DNA from: Balamuthia mandrillaris
Taxonomy: Eukaryota
Assembly (NCBI GenBank): GCA_031835245.2
Contig: JAVKOQ020000103.1
Coordinates: 1 to 64,000 of the forward strand
Length of the DNA stretch: 64,000 bases
Direction: 5' to 3'
Of this stretch, positions 23,724 to 35,857 are shown one piece after another (position 1 is the first letter of the stretch; every line of letters starts with the position of its first letter). The notes beneath the pieces are model-generated. The model worked only from the letters and a program-made list of their open reading frames with translations, did no database searches and was not told the DNA's origin. The position numbers and the translations under genes were made by a program.

Positions 23724-25094
23724 ATGATGAGGAAGAACAGCCGAACGGAGGAGCCCCTTCCTCCCACTCCCCCTCGTGCCTCCACTCCTCGTCTTCCTAC
23801 CGACTCTCCCAACTCCAAAAGCAACAACAGCACCAACAAGAAAAAGAAGACCTCTTCGTCGGCATCGTCATCTGCTGCCTCGAATTTGGTCTTCGTGGAT
23901 GAGGAAGCGATCAAGAACCTGCCTGACGTCTGCTGCTACATTGGGCAACTCAACCAGGACAACCAGTTCCATGGCATGGGCAGCCTCACGTGGCAGGACG
24001 GCCGAAAGTACGTGGGAGGGTGGCGCAACCATTGCATGCATGGCGCTGGCACCATGCTCTGGATGGATGGCTCTCGTTATCAAGGTTTGTTTTTTTTTTA
24101 ATAATTTCTATTTTTATATTATTTTTTATATTCTTTATTTATTTTTATTTATTTTTATATATTTTTTTTGTTATTTATTTTGTTTTATTTATTTTTATTT
24201 TTATTTATATGTGTTTATTTTATTTATTTTCGCTATTTATACGAACAGGAGAGTTCAAACAAAATCTTCGCCAGGGCCAAGGCGTCCACACCTTTGCGGA
24301 TGGGAGCAGCTATGCCGGCATGTTCAAGGCGGGCAAGCGTCATGGCTTTGGCAAGCGACGTTACACCGATGGTCGCGTCTATGAAGGTTTATAATCTCTT
24401 TTTCCTTGTTGATGTTTATTCCTTTCCGTTCTCTTCGTGCCTTCTCTCTTCTCTCTTTTCTGTTTTCTTTCGCGTCTTTTCTTTCTTGTTCCCTCTTTCT
24501 TCCTTTCTTATCGTTTCTTTCTTCTTCAAAGGCGAGTACAAAGACGAGATCCAACACGGCACTGGGGTGATGACCTGGCCGGATGGCAGTCGGTATGAGG
24601 GTCACTATAAAGCAGGCAAACGACACGGGCACGGTGTCATGACGTGGGCCAACGGAAAGGGCACCTATGACGGCGACTGGCACAACGACTTGCGACATGG
24701 CCGAGGGCGACGCGTCTATGAGGATGGCACCATCTTTGAAGGCTCTTATGTTCGCAACAATCCGCATGGTCCTGTACGTGCACGCTCTCTTTTCTTGGTT
24801 TCTACTTTTACTGATAGAACGAAATAACACAAAAAGGGAAAAGAAATATTTTTGAACGGAAGTACTTTTGAAGGCAATTGGGTGGAAGGAGAGAAGCATG
24901 GGCCTGGAAGGCTGCGGGATGCAGACAAGGGCCACCAAACGTTTGCAGAGGTATGGGAACGAGGAAGGAAGGTCTCTTCCGTTCCTTGCGAGGATGATGA
25001 CGCTGGCGGCATGGATGCAACCACAACCCAAACCACGGAGAAAGAAAACGAGAAAGAGAAAGAAAAGGGGAACGAAAAAGAGGAAGAATCCTGA
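23724..25094 (+). CDS. MORN-repeat protein (multi-exon)
   Basis: Repeated Y.G.W....HG.G..TW.DG..Y.G units across 4 exons. Confidence 0.92.
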
Positions 25095-25312
25095 GTCTCG
25101 GGTCGACACGGTGTATATTCAGGACGACACGAAGTTTAATACGCGATATTTCCCCGGTTCGGTCAAATAGAGAAACTGTCCATTGCATTTACGTGAATTT
25201 TCTGCCTAAAATGGGTGGACACTTTTTTCATCTGTTTTTTCGTTCCACTACCTGAAATTTCGCTTCCTTAAAAGAAAAAATAAATAAAAATAAATAAAAG
25301 AAACAACAAAAA

Positions 25313-27313
25313 ATGTTTAGCAAGTCTTCTTCTGCTGTGGAGCGAAAGTGGGAGAGGAAAGGAAGGAAAGTGAACGACGCGGAGGTCCTCCAAAAGCTTC
25401 TCTTCAACTTTCGGGACCTGGCCGAGGTGAACGACCCCGCCGTCTACCAAGACATTCTGCTTCACTTCAACCCTGCTGCTTCTCCCAAAGAAAAGCAAAA
25501 GGAGGAAGAGGAAGCAGCAGCAGCAACAGAAGAGCACCAAGAAACCAACGAACCCAAAGACAAAACGGAAAGCAATGATGTATGTCCCATTTTCTTCTTC
25601 AAAGGATGGTCCACGTCAAACCTGTCCTCTATAACGTATGACAAGATAACGCCGGGAAAGATCTATCGCAGCGCCGCCGTTTCGCGCTCGCTCATGCATG
25701 CGGAGCAGGTCCCCTTGGTGCTGGCCTGGCTGAAGACCAATGTAGGGGTGAGGACGATCATCGACCTGAGGGACGCGGAGGAGAAGAGCATGGACGCTCA
25801 GGACTTGGCTGTGGAAGCTGAATATCCAACTTTGGTTTGTTTCTCAATGTTGCTTGCTGCTTGTTGCTTTCTGCTTGTTATTGTGGTTCTTCTGCTTCTT
25901 TTGCTTCTTCTAGTTCTTCTTCTTCTTCTGTTTCTTCTTCTTGTTTCTTTTAACTCTAATAATAATCTATGAAAACAAAGGATGCTTATGCGTTTATGTC
26001 GCATGATGAAGTGGAATACAAACGTTACAATGTAAGCCTCGTGAGCAAGACCTTGCGAATCAAGTTGTTCACGGAAGCCAATGCCAAAACACAAGCGTTC
26101 GTTTTTCTTTTCACTTCTCTCTACTCGTTGCTTCTATGCTTCTTTGCTCCGTTCGCTTTTCTCCATTATCTCCTTGTTTCTTTGATACTTCTCCTGTGCT
26201 TACGTCCATTTGTTTCCTTACAGAACGGTATTAAAAGCTGTTGCGAGCGGCGGCTCTGCCACAAAGACCTTTTCTCGTCGCCGCATGAACCGCCTTGGCC
26301 TCCTCGGCCTCTCCAAAATGATGCTCATCTACGCCCAGGAGGAGATCGTCCTCATCCTTCGCATCTGTCGTCACTCACTTACGCACAACTCCTATCCGAT
26401 TCTCTATCACTGTTCCAGCGGCAAAGACAGAACAGGGCTCATCACCGCTTTGCTCCTCGCCCTCTGCGGAGTGCCAGAGGAACTCATCCTGCTCAACTAT
26501 CATCGCTCTGAATGGCTGTTGCAGCCAGTACACCACTTGATAGCTGCTGAGAACCAGAAGAAAGGATTGGAGGGGTTTGACGGAACGCCTCCAGAAGTAA
26601 TGAAGGGAGTATTGCAGTTCGTGGAGGATGAATGGGGTGGAGTGCCTCAGTACTTGACCTCCATCGGCTTTGCTCCTTGGGAGCAAAGACAGCTCGTTAT
26701 CCAGCTTACTGGGTCGGTTCCTTCTTATGCAACGACTTCTCCACGTGCTCTTCTCTCCTCATCCTCCTCATCTTCTGCTACTACTGCTTTGCAACAACAA
26801 CTCCAATATCAACAATATGCAGACCAGAAAAGAGGCTCGGTTGACTTTTATAAGTACTTGTCGCAAGGGTCGCTGAAGTTACAAAAGACCATCAACAATC
26901 CGAACAGCGATCAAGACATCCATCGCGAGTACAAGATACGCTCTCTTATTGAGGGGTTGAACCAACGCGATCTTACTGCTGTTATCATGAATATTGCTAT
27001 GAAGGTATGAGTTGTTAGCTTCCTTCCTATTGTTTCTCTTGCTTAACTTTTGTTTCTATAACAGTTCAAAGAGCCAGCGTTACAAGAGCAATTGGAAGAA
27101 ATCATTTTGGCCCAACAACAAGAAAAAGAGAAGATGCAACAGATCAAAAAGAAACACCACTCGAAAGATGAAGCAGGGTCATCAACGCGAGGATCTCGCG
27201 CCTCTAGTCTTTCTCAAGCCGTTCTTCCAAAGTTTACTCGCAATAGCAGCGGCGCTAATACCGTCGGTAAACGTAAAAAGTCTCCTCGCCGCCCAAGTGC
27301 CTCCGTAAGTTAA
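25313..27313 (+). CDS. Protein tyrosine/dual-specificity phosphatase of the Y_phosphatase3 (MptpB/IphP-like) type
   Basis: NFRDL, IYRSA, VRTIIDLR, active-site HCSSGKDRTG, WGGV..YL..IG. Confidence 0.85.
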
Positions 27314-27612
27314 CTCTTCTCTCTCTCTCTCTCTCTCTATTTCTCTCTCTCTCTCTCTCTCTCTGATCTCTTTCTTTATTATGCTCTCTTCCTGTTCTGC
27401 ATTCTCTCTCTCTCTCTCTCTGTCTCTCTTTCTGTTGGTTTTTCTTATTCATTGGTTGTAAACTATACAGGAAAAAGAAATTGCAAAAGTGGAAAGCAAA
27501 GGACAGTTATAGAGTTGCTTTTTAAACAATTGTTAAGAAGGCAAGCCAAAACACACAACAGGAACAAATAAAGAAAGAAAAATAATACAAGAGAAAAAAT
27601 AGATTACAGCAT

Positions 27613-28219
27613 TTATATCTTAACTTCCATGTGTATCAACTCGCTAATGTCAACTCCTCCTTTCTTATAATCCGGTTTCTTCTTGTACTCTGGCTCAAAG
27701 CCAAGGTCGGACATGAGAGCAGTGAAGCCTTGGATAAAGTCGGTGGCGAACTGCCGAAGAATGATCAGCGGCACAAAGTCGTCCAACTCTTCTTGATCCA
27801 GTGCCATCACGTCCTTTTTTTGTTCATAAAGAATAGTTAGATGACTTGCTCTTAGCTCAGAAAAAAAACAACAAACTTGTTCTTCCGCTGCTCGTTGCAT
27901 CATGTCAAACAGCTTTTGAGTGTTAACGCCATATGCCTTCTTGATGTTGAGTATCTTGTGCATAAGAACAATGGTGCCCCTGCTCAAGTAGTTTCCAGGG
28001 AAAGGATGGACTCCTCTCAGCTTCTTTCTGTCGCCCAATATCTCTTCGTTTTCTGAGAGAAGGGCGGAGAACCACTCCTCGAAAGCGGCTTTGCCTTTCT
28101 CCTCGATGGTGTTCCACATTAGCCACGTGCAATGACCTTTGAATTGTGTCTATTGGTTGCAATGCCACAAAACAGTATGAGAATAGAGGAGAGAGGAGAG
28201 AGGAGAGAGGAGAGAGGAG

Positions 28220-28260
<41 letters not shown>

Positions 28261-28968
28261 AGAGAGAGAGAGAGAGAGAGGAGAGAGGAGAGAGAGGAGA
28301 GAGGAGAGAGGAGAGAGAGAGGGAGAGGGAGAGGGAGAGAGGAGAGAGGAGAGAGGAGAGAGGAGAGAGGAGAGAGGAGAGACAGGAGACAGAGCGAACA
28401 AGAGTAGAGAGAAGAGAATACGCAAGAGCCCGAGAGAGAGAAGAGAACGAGAAAACAAGATAGAGATCGACGAAAGAAAAAGGAAAACGAGTAACAATGA
28501 AACGACACTGGAGAAATGGTAAAAGACAAGGACAAAAGAGAAGGAGAGTATAGAGCAAGAGAGGGAAGAAAAAGCAAAACCTGAAAGTCGGATCGAACTG
28601 GTTGGCTTTGGTTGTTGGAGGCAGCGTCTCGTTCGAAGCCCAACTTCACAAACTCGAGAAAGTTATCCAAACAAAAGCGTCCATCCTTCCGAACGTCCAA
28701 CACGAAGAGAGCACCCAAGTGAGTGAGTTCTACGTCGTATTCTTTAGGCGTTATATTGGAGGTATGCAGCTGTAAAACTTCTTGCAACACCTTTCTGTTA
28801 TGTTAATAGATAGAGATAAAGATGTTCGTTATAGAAGCGAAAGAGAAGTGTTTTGGGTACCAAATAATCACGATGTTCTCCTGAAGATGTGTTTCTGCTG
28901 TTGGCTGCCGTCAAGGCCCGGTTGAACTCTTCGGTTGTTTTGCTCGACAAGGACTCAAGGTTTCCCAT
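27613..28968 (-). CDS. Hypothetical protein, possible N-myristoylation (MGNLES) and degenerate EF-hand-like loop (multi-exon)
   Basis: Spliceable exons and an LDVRKDGRFCLDNFLEF segment. No family was firmly recognised. Confidence 0.5.
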
Positions 28969-29202
28969 TTCGTTTTCGTGTTTTTCTTTGTTCTTTTTTT
29001 AACAAGCCACTATATTAATTATTCCCTGTAATGCTTTCCATTTTAGGTAAAAGTTAATCAAAGGCGCATAAAATTCTGTGCACGATTTGGCAAGCAGTTG
29101 TACACGAAAGTAGCAGTGTTCGAACCGTGACGACGTGATATGTCTACAAAAACTGCTCCCAATCCAAAAAATAAAAGAGAAAAAAGCGGAGAGAAGAGAG
29201 AG

Positions 29203-30668
29203 ATGGCTCATCGCAACTTTGTTCGCGGAAGTCGGAGCTTGCCCTCCGTTAGGGCTCCCAAAGAGAAGATTAAAAAGTGGCACATCGTTCGTGAAGATTT
29301 GGTTCGTAGTGGATCTTTACATCTATCTTTTTTTTAAAGAGTTCATTTTTTCTAATGTTTCACTACACTCAAATTTTTGATTTTTTTTTTTCTTCTCACC
29401 CGACATAAGGTCCAAGTGATCGGCGGCAAAGAGAAAGGGAAGCAAGGCAAAGTGATCCGAGTGGACAGAAAGCACAACCGCCTTTACCTCCAGGGCATCA
29501 ACCTCGTCAAGCGACGCATCAAGGAGACGGAGAACAACGAGGCCAGTTATTTCTTCAAGGAGGCCCCCATTCACTACTCCAATGTCCTGCTCATTGATCC
29601 TTCCACTGGGTTCGTTTGTGTTTTTTGTTGCTTTTTTTGTAAAACGCTGTTTGTTTTTGTTTGTACCTGCCTGGTCGCTTCTGCTTGTTCTCTGTTCTTC
29701 GTCGTTCTCGTCTTTGTCGCTCTTCTTGTTCGTCCTTTCTCTTTCTCTCTTCTGTTGCATAACTTGTCCTTTCTGTTCTCCTTCTCCTTCTCCTTCTCCT
29801 TCTCCTTCTCCTTCTCCTTCTCCTTCTCCTTCTCCTTCTCCTTCTCCTTCTCCTTCTCCTTCTCCTTCTCCTTCTTCTCCTTCTCCTTCTCCTTCTCCTT
29901 CTCCTTCTCCTTCTCCTTCTCCTTCTCCTTCTCCTTCTCCTTCTCCTTCTCCTTCTCCTTCTCCTTCTCCTTCTCCTTCTCCTTCTCCTTCTCCTTCTCC
30001 TTCTCCTTCTCCTTCTCCTTCTCCTTCTTCTTGCTACTCTTCTTCTTCTTCTTCTTCTTCTTCTTCTTCTTCTTCTTCTTCTTCTTCTTCTTCTCGCTTT
30101 TCTCTTTCCTGAACAATTCACTCCCGCTCTCTTCTCCTTTCACTTTCTCTCTTTCTTCGAAACAAATGTTTTTCATCCAGTCCAAACTCCTCTCTAACAA
30201 AACACCAAAAACAGTAAGCCAACAAGAATAAAAACTCAGTTCGCAGAGGACGGCACGAAGCTTCGCGTCTCCAAAGCGACCGGCACCATCATCCCCAAGT
30301 CCCCCAAGCTGGCCGAGAAGAAGTTTACCTCCAAAGAGGGCGCGCAAGGACCCAAGGACACCGCCCCGGAGGACGTACTGGAGAAGACCTTTGACGAGCT
30401 CTCCCTCGTTCCCATTTTGACGGAGGAGAAGATTGCGCGCATTTGGCACAAGATAAAGGAGGACAGGAGGATCAAAGAAGAGGCGGAGATCCTGTTGACG
30501 AGAAGCCAGGAGAGGCTTTACCTCCGAAAGCTTCAGCAGCAACAGCGTAAGCAACAACCGATTGGAACGGAGGAGGCACTGGGATTGGGCATGGAAGAAG
30601 GGGAGGAGGAGGCGCAAGAGGAAGGCGCTCTGGATGCCTCCACCGTGAAGGAGCGGACGGTGGCTTGA
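29203..30668 (+). CDS. MRPL24: Mitochondrial ribosomal protein uL24m
   Basis: W.IV.ED.VQVIGGKEKGKQGKV (KOW), GINLVKR, EAPIHYSNVLLIDPSTG|KPTR, DGTKLRVSK.TG.IIP. Confidence 0.9.
29776..30093. repeat. (TCTCCT)n plus (TTC)n microsatellites in the uL24m intron
   Basis: Perfect tandem repeats. Confidence 0.95.
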
Positions 30669-30856
30669 TAGCATGGCGTGCCTCTGTTCGTTTCTTCCCT
30701 TTTTTTCTTTCTTCTCATCATAAAAAAAAATGTGTTGTTGATGGGATTTGAACCACCGAAATGTGCTTCTGGGACGACATGAATATTGATAATATATAGG
30801 GTCGACGTGAGAAAGAGTTTCGTGTCGACACAAGACTTCCTCAAAACACAAAAAGG

Positions 30857-32939
30857 ATGGAAGACGAAGAGGTAGCGCGCAGGCGATGCCGACGGCCGAC
30901 CTTCTTTGTGGCGGTACATGCTGGGGCGGGGTACCACGCTCCCAAGAACGAGCGGCGCTGCCTTGGTGCGATGAAACGAGCTCTTCTTATGGCAGCCTCT
31001 GCCTGCGCTTCTGGTTCCGTCGAAGAAGGAGAGGAGGTCGCGCTTGCCATGGTGGTCTCTGCTGTCTCTTCTCTTGAGGACGACCCATGCTCTAACGCTG
31101 GTTTTGGTTCGTTTCTCCCTTACTTTCTTTTTGTTCTTTTTTCCTCCTTCTCCTCATTTAAAAAAACCAAACCAAAAACAAAAAGATCAGGCTCCAACTT
31201 GACTCTCTGTGGAAAGGTGCAGTGTGATGCGAGCGTGATGTTGGGACAGGACCAGTCCTTTGCTGCCGTGGGGGCGGTGGAGATGGTGCGGAATCCCATC
31301 AAGCTTGCGGCTGCGTTGCTTCAGCGGGACCGCTGCGCCTCCCTCTCTCTTGGAAGGATCTCTCCTATGTACTTTTTTCCCGTTGCTTCTTCTCTCTTCT
31401 CTGCGTCTCTTCTCCCTTCTGTCTTATCTGCTTCTCTGCTTCTCTTTTCATTTCTTCTTCTTATAAGTTTTCACCTCAAATGCAGTTTTCTGGTGGGAGA
31501 AGGAGCACATGAATGGGGTCTGAAGCACGGTGTGGAAGGGGTGCTTGCTCCTCTCAACGAAAACCGCACCGCTTTGGTCAGCGCAGAGGCCAAAGCCACC
31601 TGGCAACGAAGAATGTCTTGGGTGGAACAGGCCGCTCTGCGAGAGAGCGCTTCTTGTTCTTCATCATCTTCCTTATATGCTTCGTTTTCTACGTATTCCT
31701 CTCGCCAAGAAAGAACAACGAACGAACGAAAGAACAGAGATGTAGAAAAAGAAGCAGAGAACGAAAACGAAAACGACAACAAACACACGAAGCGGAGACG
31801 AACCAACAAAGACAAACAAAATGAAGAGGCTCCCACGAAAGAAGAGAACCCAGAAAGAAGAGGAGAAGAAGAAGAAACAGGATGGCTGCAAGATACGGTT
31901 GGCGCCATTTGTGTGGTGGGAGGTGCATTTACAGCCGCCGCTGTTTCAAGTGGTGGCATTTCTCTCAAACATAGTGGTCGCGTTGGTGAGGTGTGTAGTC
32001 TTGTTCTGTTGTTGTCTTCTTCTCGCTCTCCCAACCATTTAGTGTGATTTTTGTTCTTGTGTTTCTGTTGTTATTTCTGAACACCTTTCTCGTGATTCTT
32101 TTTATTTGATGCATCAAAACAGGCAGCAGTATATGGGAGTGGCTGTTGGGCCAAAGATGCATCGTCTTCAAACCATGGCTTCGCATGCAGTGTAAGCGGG
32201 ACAGGAGAAGACATCATGCGCCATATGTTCGCTTTGCGTTGCTCACAAGCATTCTTTGCTTCTTCTTCTTCTTCTTCTTCTTCTTCTTCTTCTTCTTCTT
32301 CTTCTTCTTCTTCTTCTTCTTCTTCTTCTTCTTCTTCTTCTTCTTCTTCTTCTTCGCATAAGGAACAACAACAAGCAGAGGAGGAAATTGCACTTGCGAC
32401 AGTGATTCAATCCTCGGTCGACAGCTTTTTGAAAGAACAAAGTGAAGGAAGAGAACGACGAAAGAAACGACAACGGCCACAACAGCTTCAGCACCAAAAC
32501 TCAAGCCCTGTTAACAACAACGATCGGCCTCACGTTGGAGTTATCGCTCTTTCCGTCTTTCCAACATCCTACCCTTCTTCCTTAACAGAGGAAGAGGAAG
32601 AGGAAGAGAAGCAAGAACAAAAGAGCGAAGGCGGCGAGTTTTGTTGGAGCCACAGCACCCCTTCGATGGCGATCGGCTACTTTAGTCATACTATGAAGAA
32701 ACCAAAGGTTTCGTTTCTTCCTTTTGCTTGTTATTATTTTCTTCTTTTTCTGTGCCTTCTGTTGCTTGTCCACTTCTTCTCCTCCTTCTTCTTAATGTTA
32801 AGCTGCCTCTACCGAGCAGGTGTTTATATCACGGCTGAATGGCAGAGAAGCAACCACGACTAGCATGTTGCCTTTTTCTCAAGTTTCAATGAACGATGCA
32901 ATGAAGAGGAGAACAAGAACAAGCATAGGAGGGGGATGA
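30857..32939 (+). CDS. TASP1: Taspase-1-like threonine aspartase (Ntn-hydrolase, asparaginase-2 family), multi-exon
   Basis: FVAVHAGAGYH, LEDDP..NAG.GSNL, CDASVM, autocleavage site D/TVGA, SSGG..LK..GRVGEAA.YG.GCWA, SGTGE. The exact end is approximate. Confidence 0.85.
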
Positions 32940-33081
32940 AGCAGAAGAAGGAAGAAGAATAAGGAAGCAGCGGTGCTCTTTCGTGCGCCCTAAGGCTTTG
33001 GAAGTGCGTGCAGAGAGTACGTGGAACAATGGGAGGTAATGGAAATTAAGTGGTTTATATAGAAAGACAGAAGGAGAGAGC

Positions 33082-34434
33082 TCAAGAGGATTCAAGCTGG
33101 GTGTAGTAAGAAGGGAACCATCCGGACTTCTTGCCGATGTGACCAAAGTACAAGCCGTCCTCGTCTTTGACTTCTGTGACCCGGATGACAGCTCCTTTCT
33201 TGAAGGAGAGTTCTCCTTTGCTGCTTGCTTTGTACGCTTCTATTGCTTTTACTTTAAACGCGCCTTCTTCTTCCTTCTTTTGTTGTGCCTTCTTTCCACC
33301 ACTCGATGTATTGTTGTTGGAAGCCCCAACGACGCTCTCCGCCCCGGTCTCAGCCAAGACTTGCGGGCCAAGCGGCCGCAGGTTCATCTGATTGGCTTTC
33401 TTCTCGGGTTGTTTCAACTTTCGCTTCTCCTTCTCCAACCTCTCTTGCTTTGACTGGATTGCTTTTTCTTTTGCGTCCTCCTCATTGTTCTTGTTTTCTG
33501 TTGTTGCTGCTGCTGCATTTTCTTGTTCTTGTTCTGCTTCCACCTCTTCTTCTTCGCTTTGTTTTGCTGCTTCCTGTTTCTTCTCCGCTGAAGAGGAGCT
33601 CTCGATGTCGTCTTTTATTCTTCTCTGCCCTTTTCCGTCTGCCTTGCTACGAGAAGAACGAGAAGGAGAAGAGGAAGAAGAAGGAGAAGAACGAGAAGAA
33701 GACGAACCGCTCTTCTCCCCTGCCGAAGAGGAATGCAACTTTGTAGGTGAAGCGGAAGAAGCGACAGCCGAAGGGGGAGGAGCAGCTTGTTTTTGTGGAG
33801 CACTGGAGACCAAGCCAGGGCGATGCAAACGAGGAAGAGGCGCTTGCGCCGCTCCCGCAGCTGCTGCCACCGAGGCAGCGGAAGGGGAGGGCGGAGTGGT
33901 AGGTCCTCCTCGCGGCGTTGGTACGTAGTAATTCGGCTGTTGTGTCACCATGTGCTGTTGCTGCTGTTGAAGATGAAGCTGTTGCTGTTGTTGGGATGGG
34001 GGTGGAGCTCTGCCAGCAGCAGCTGCAGTGGTGGGATGGCTGCCACCACTGCCACCAAGAGGAGAGGCAGGAGAGGAAGGGGAGGCATTTTGGAGCGGTC
34101 TTCCCTGCGGCGGAGGGGTGGCGCTACGTTTTTGTGGAGAGGGATCACGCGCGGGCGGCCGTTCAGGCGAAGTATTGGTAGCAGTGCTACTACTTGCTTG
34201 TGGTTGTTGTGGTTGCGGCTCAGGGGAGGGAGAAGGAGAGGAAGGACGGAGGAGCTGTTTGACGGAGGGAGGAGGCATGCCGGGCGTTTGCGGCACGATG
34301 CGAAGGTTTGCTGCCAGCTTGCCCACATTACTTCCTCCTCCACCCCCTCCACTTGGGCCTGGTGCGGACATGTTTTGTCGTTGCGGGCTCGCGCTGGGCG
34401 TCGAGGACGTTGTGGTGGTGGTGATGGCAGACAT
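33082..34434 (-). CDS. Pro/Ser-rich protein with C-terminal SH3 domain
   Basis: KVKAIEAYKA...ELSFKKGAVI.V...DGLYFG...KSGWFPSYY. Confidence 0.88.
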   Translation of the reverse strand: MSAITTTTTSSTPSASPQRQNMSAPGPSGGGGGGSNVGKLAANLRIVPQTPGMPPPSVKQLLRPSSPSPSPEPQPQQPQASSSTATNTSPERPPARDPSPQKRSATPPPQGRPLQNASPSSPASPLGGSGGSHPTTAAAAGRAPPPSQQQQQLHLQQQQQHMVTQQPNYYVPTPRGGPTTPPSPSAASVAAAAGAAQAPLPRLHRPGLVSSAPQKQAAPPPSAVASSASPTKLHSSSAGEKSGSSSSRSSPSSSSSPSRSSRSKADGKGQRRIKDDIESSSSAEKKQEAAKQSEEEEVEAEQEQENAAAATTENKNNEEDAKEKAIQSKQERLEKEKRKLKQPEKKANQMNLRPLGPQVLAETGAESVVGASNNNTSSGGKKAQQKKEEEGAFKVKAIEAYKASSKGELSFKKGAVIRVTEVKDEDGLYFGHIGKKSGWFPSYYTQLESS

Positions 34435-34954
34435 TTCTCTCCCTCTTTCTTCTCTCTATCTCTGAGAGAGAGCGCGGAAAATAAAGCAACGAAAGAGAAA
34501 AAATGGGAAACGAGGAAATCCCTCTTAAATTATTATCCTGGATATTTAGTTTTTAAATCAAAAAGCACAAAGCGGTGGTTTGAAAAACAATTGGGTAACG
34601 CCGTAATGAATTGATGTCGGCAAAAATAGATTCTAAAAATTAGGGTTGCCGTTTACGGGTTTCGAACCGGCGGAGTGCCGAAAATTATTTGTCGACGGAT
34701 GACCAAATTTTTCTTGGAAAGGGTACAAACGAAATTTTGCGCAGGATAGGACGAAAACTACCAGAAAGCGACACCCTATTGGATAGAATTGTAAAGGAAT
34801 TTTTGTTGTGCGTGACGAATGGAAGACGTCAAATGAAAAAAAATCTGACCCAGCGCCGGGAAGGAAGGAAGGGAGGAAGAAGAAAGCACAAACACGCAGA
34901 ACAGACCAAGCGTGCACTCGATAGACGCTCCCAGAAAAAACGATTAAAAAATAA

Positions 34955-35857
34955 ATGAACCTGTTCATCTTAAGCTGGTTGGTCCACGAGGCCGCGCGCT
35001 TCCACTGCGACAAGCACGTGGTGAAAATGATCGTGGAGGCCACGCAGCTCCTCTACTCCGCGCACCACGTGCTGCACACCCCCGTTCGCCCCGACTGGGC
35101 CGCCGCTCTGGTGCCCGCCCACCTCAAGGCCTACCGCGCCTCCCACGTCAACCACCCTTGCTCCATTTGGATACGGCAGTGCCGCGCCAACTACATGTTT
35201 GCTGTCGACCTGGGCCTCGCCCTCTGCCAGGAATACACCCGCCGCTTCTCCCGCTCGCTCTCCGCCGTCTCCTCCTCCTCCGCCTCCTGGCAAGCCTTTG
35301 CTGCCTCTTCCTTCTCTTCTTCCTCCGCTTCGTCTTCACTGTCGACAACAAAAGCCTCATCGTCGACAACGACTTCTTGCGCTCCATCGCTGCAGCGCAA
35401 GCACTCTGCTGAAGAACATCTGCGGTGGTTGAGCGCCAATCCTCCGCCTTTTCCTCAGGACACGGAGCTCATGCCGATGACCCCGCCAGCGCTGGCCATG
35501 CCCCTCGAGTTCAAGGTGGAGGGCGACGCGGTGGAGAGCTACCGGCGGTACTATCGCGGGGCCAAGCAGCACCTCCTGAGCTACAAGTACAGCGACCCGC
35601 CGGAGTGGCTGGACGCGGAGGCCTTGCAGAGAATCCGAGCGGAGAGAAGCCAGTGCCAGCTGCGCATCGAGGAGACGTTGCGGAGGAAGAGGGAAAGAGA
35701 GGAGAAACAAAAGGCGATGAAAGAGCAGAGAGAAAAGAAACAGGAGAAGAAGATAAAGGTGGAATTGAAAGTGGAAGAACAGGTGGAAGATGAGCGGAAA
35801 AGTTCGTCGCGCACTAGAAGACGCAGCGTTCGGTTACTCGCCAAGCAGCAAACGTAA
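34955..35857 (+). CDS. Phage/giant-virus/bacterial-type 'HCDKHVVKM' protein (pyrimidine-dimer DNA glycosylase / T4 EndoV-like superfamily) with a basic C-terminal tail
   Basis: MNLF.L...A.FHCDKHVVKM..E..QLL..AH, Y+.SH.NHPCS.W, ALC.EYT.R, P.AMP, V.SYR.YY...K, PEW. Intronless. Confidence 0.75.
   Translation: MNLFILSWLVHEAARFHCDKHVVKMIVEATQLLYSAHHVLHTPVRPDWAAALVPAHLKAYRASHVNHPCSIWIRQCRANYMFAVDLGLALCQEYTRRFSRSLSAVSSSSASWQAFAASSFSSSSASSSLSTTKASSSTTTSCAPSLQRKHSAEEHLRWLSANPPPFPQDTELMPMTPPALAMPLEFKVEGDAVESYRRYYRGAKQHLLSYKYSDPPEWLDAEALQRIRAERSQCQLRIEETLRRKREREEKQKAMKEQREKKQEKKIKVELKVEEQVEDERKSSSRTRRRSVRLLAKQQT

Noticed and set aside
24085..24249. Extremely AT-rich island as a foreign insertion
   Set aside because: It is bounded by GT..AG within the MORN gene and is simply a T/A-rich intron.
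29574..30121. Long poly-Arg, KE, SP and FS ORFs
   Set aside because: These are translations of intronic microsatellites in the uL24m gene. The same applies to ORFs at 12026-12572, 12909-13348, 15768-16465, 28132-28497 and 47560-48245.
34630..34720. Possible tRNA gene (GGTTCGAAACC on the - strand)
   Set aside because: The T-stem does not pair beyond 2 bp and no D-arm or anticodon arm is visible. The same holds at 30744 and 14565. These are kept only as isolated B-boxes.
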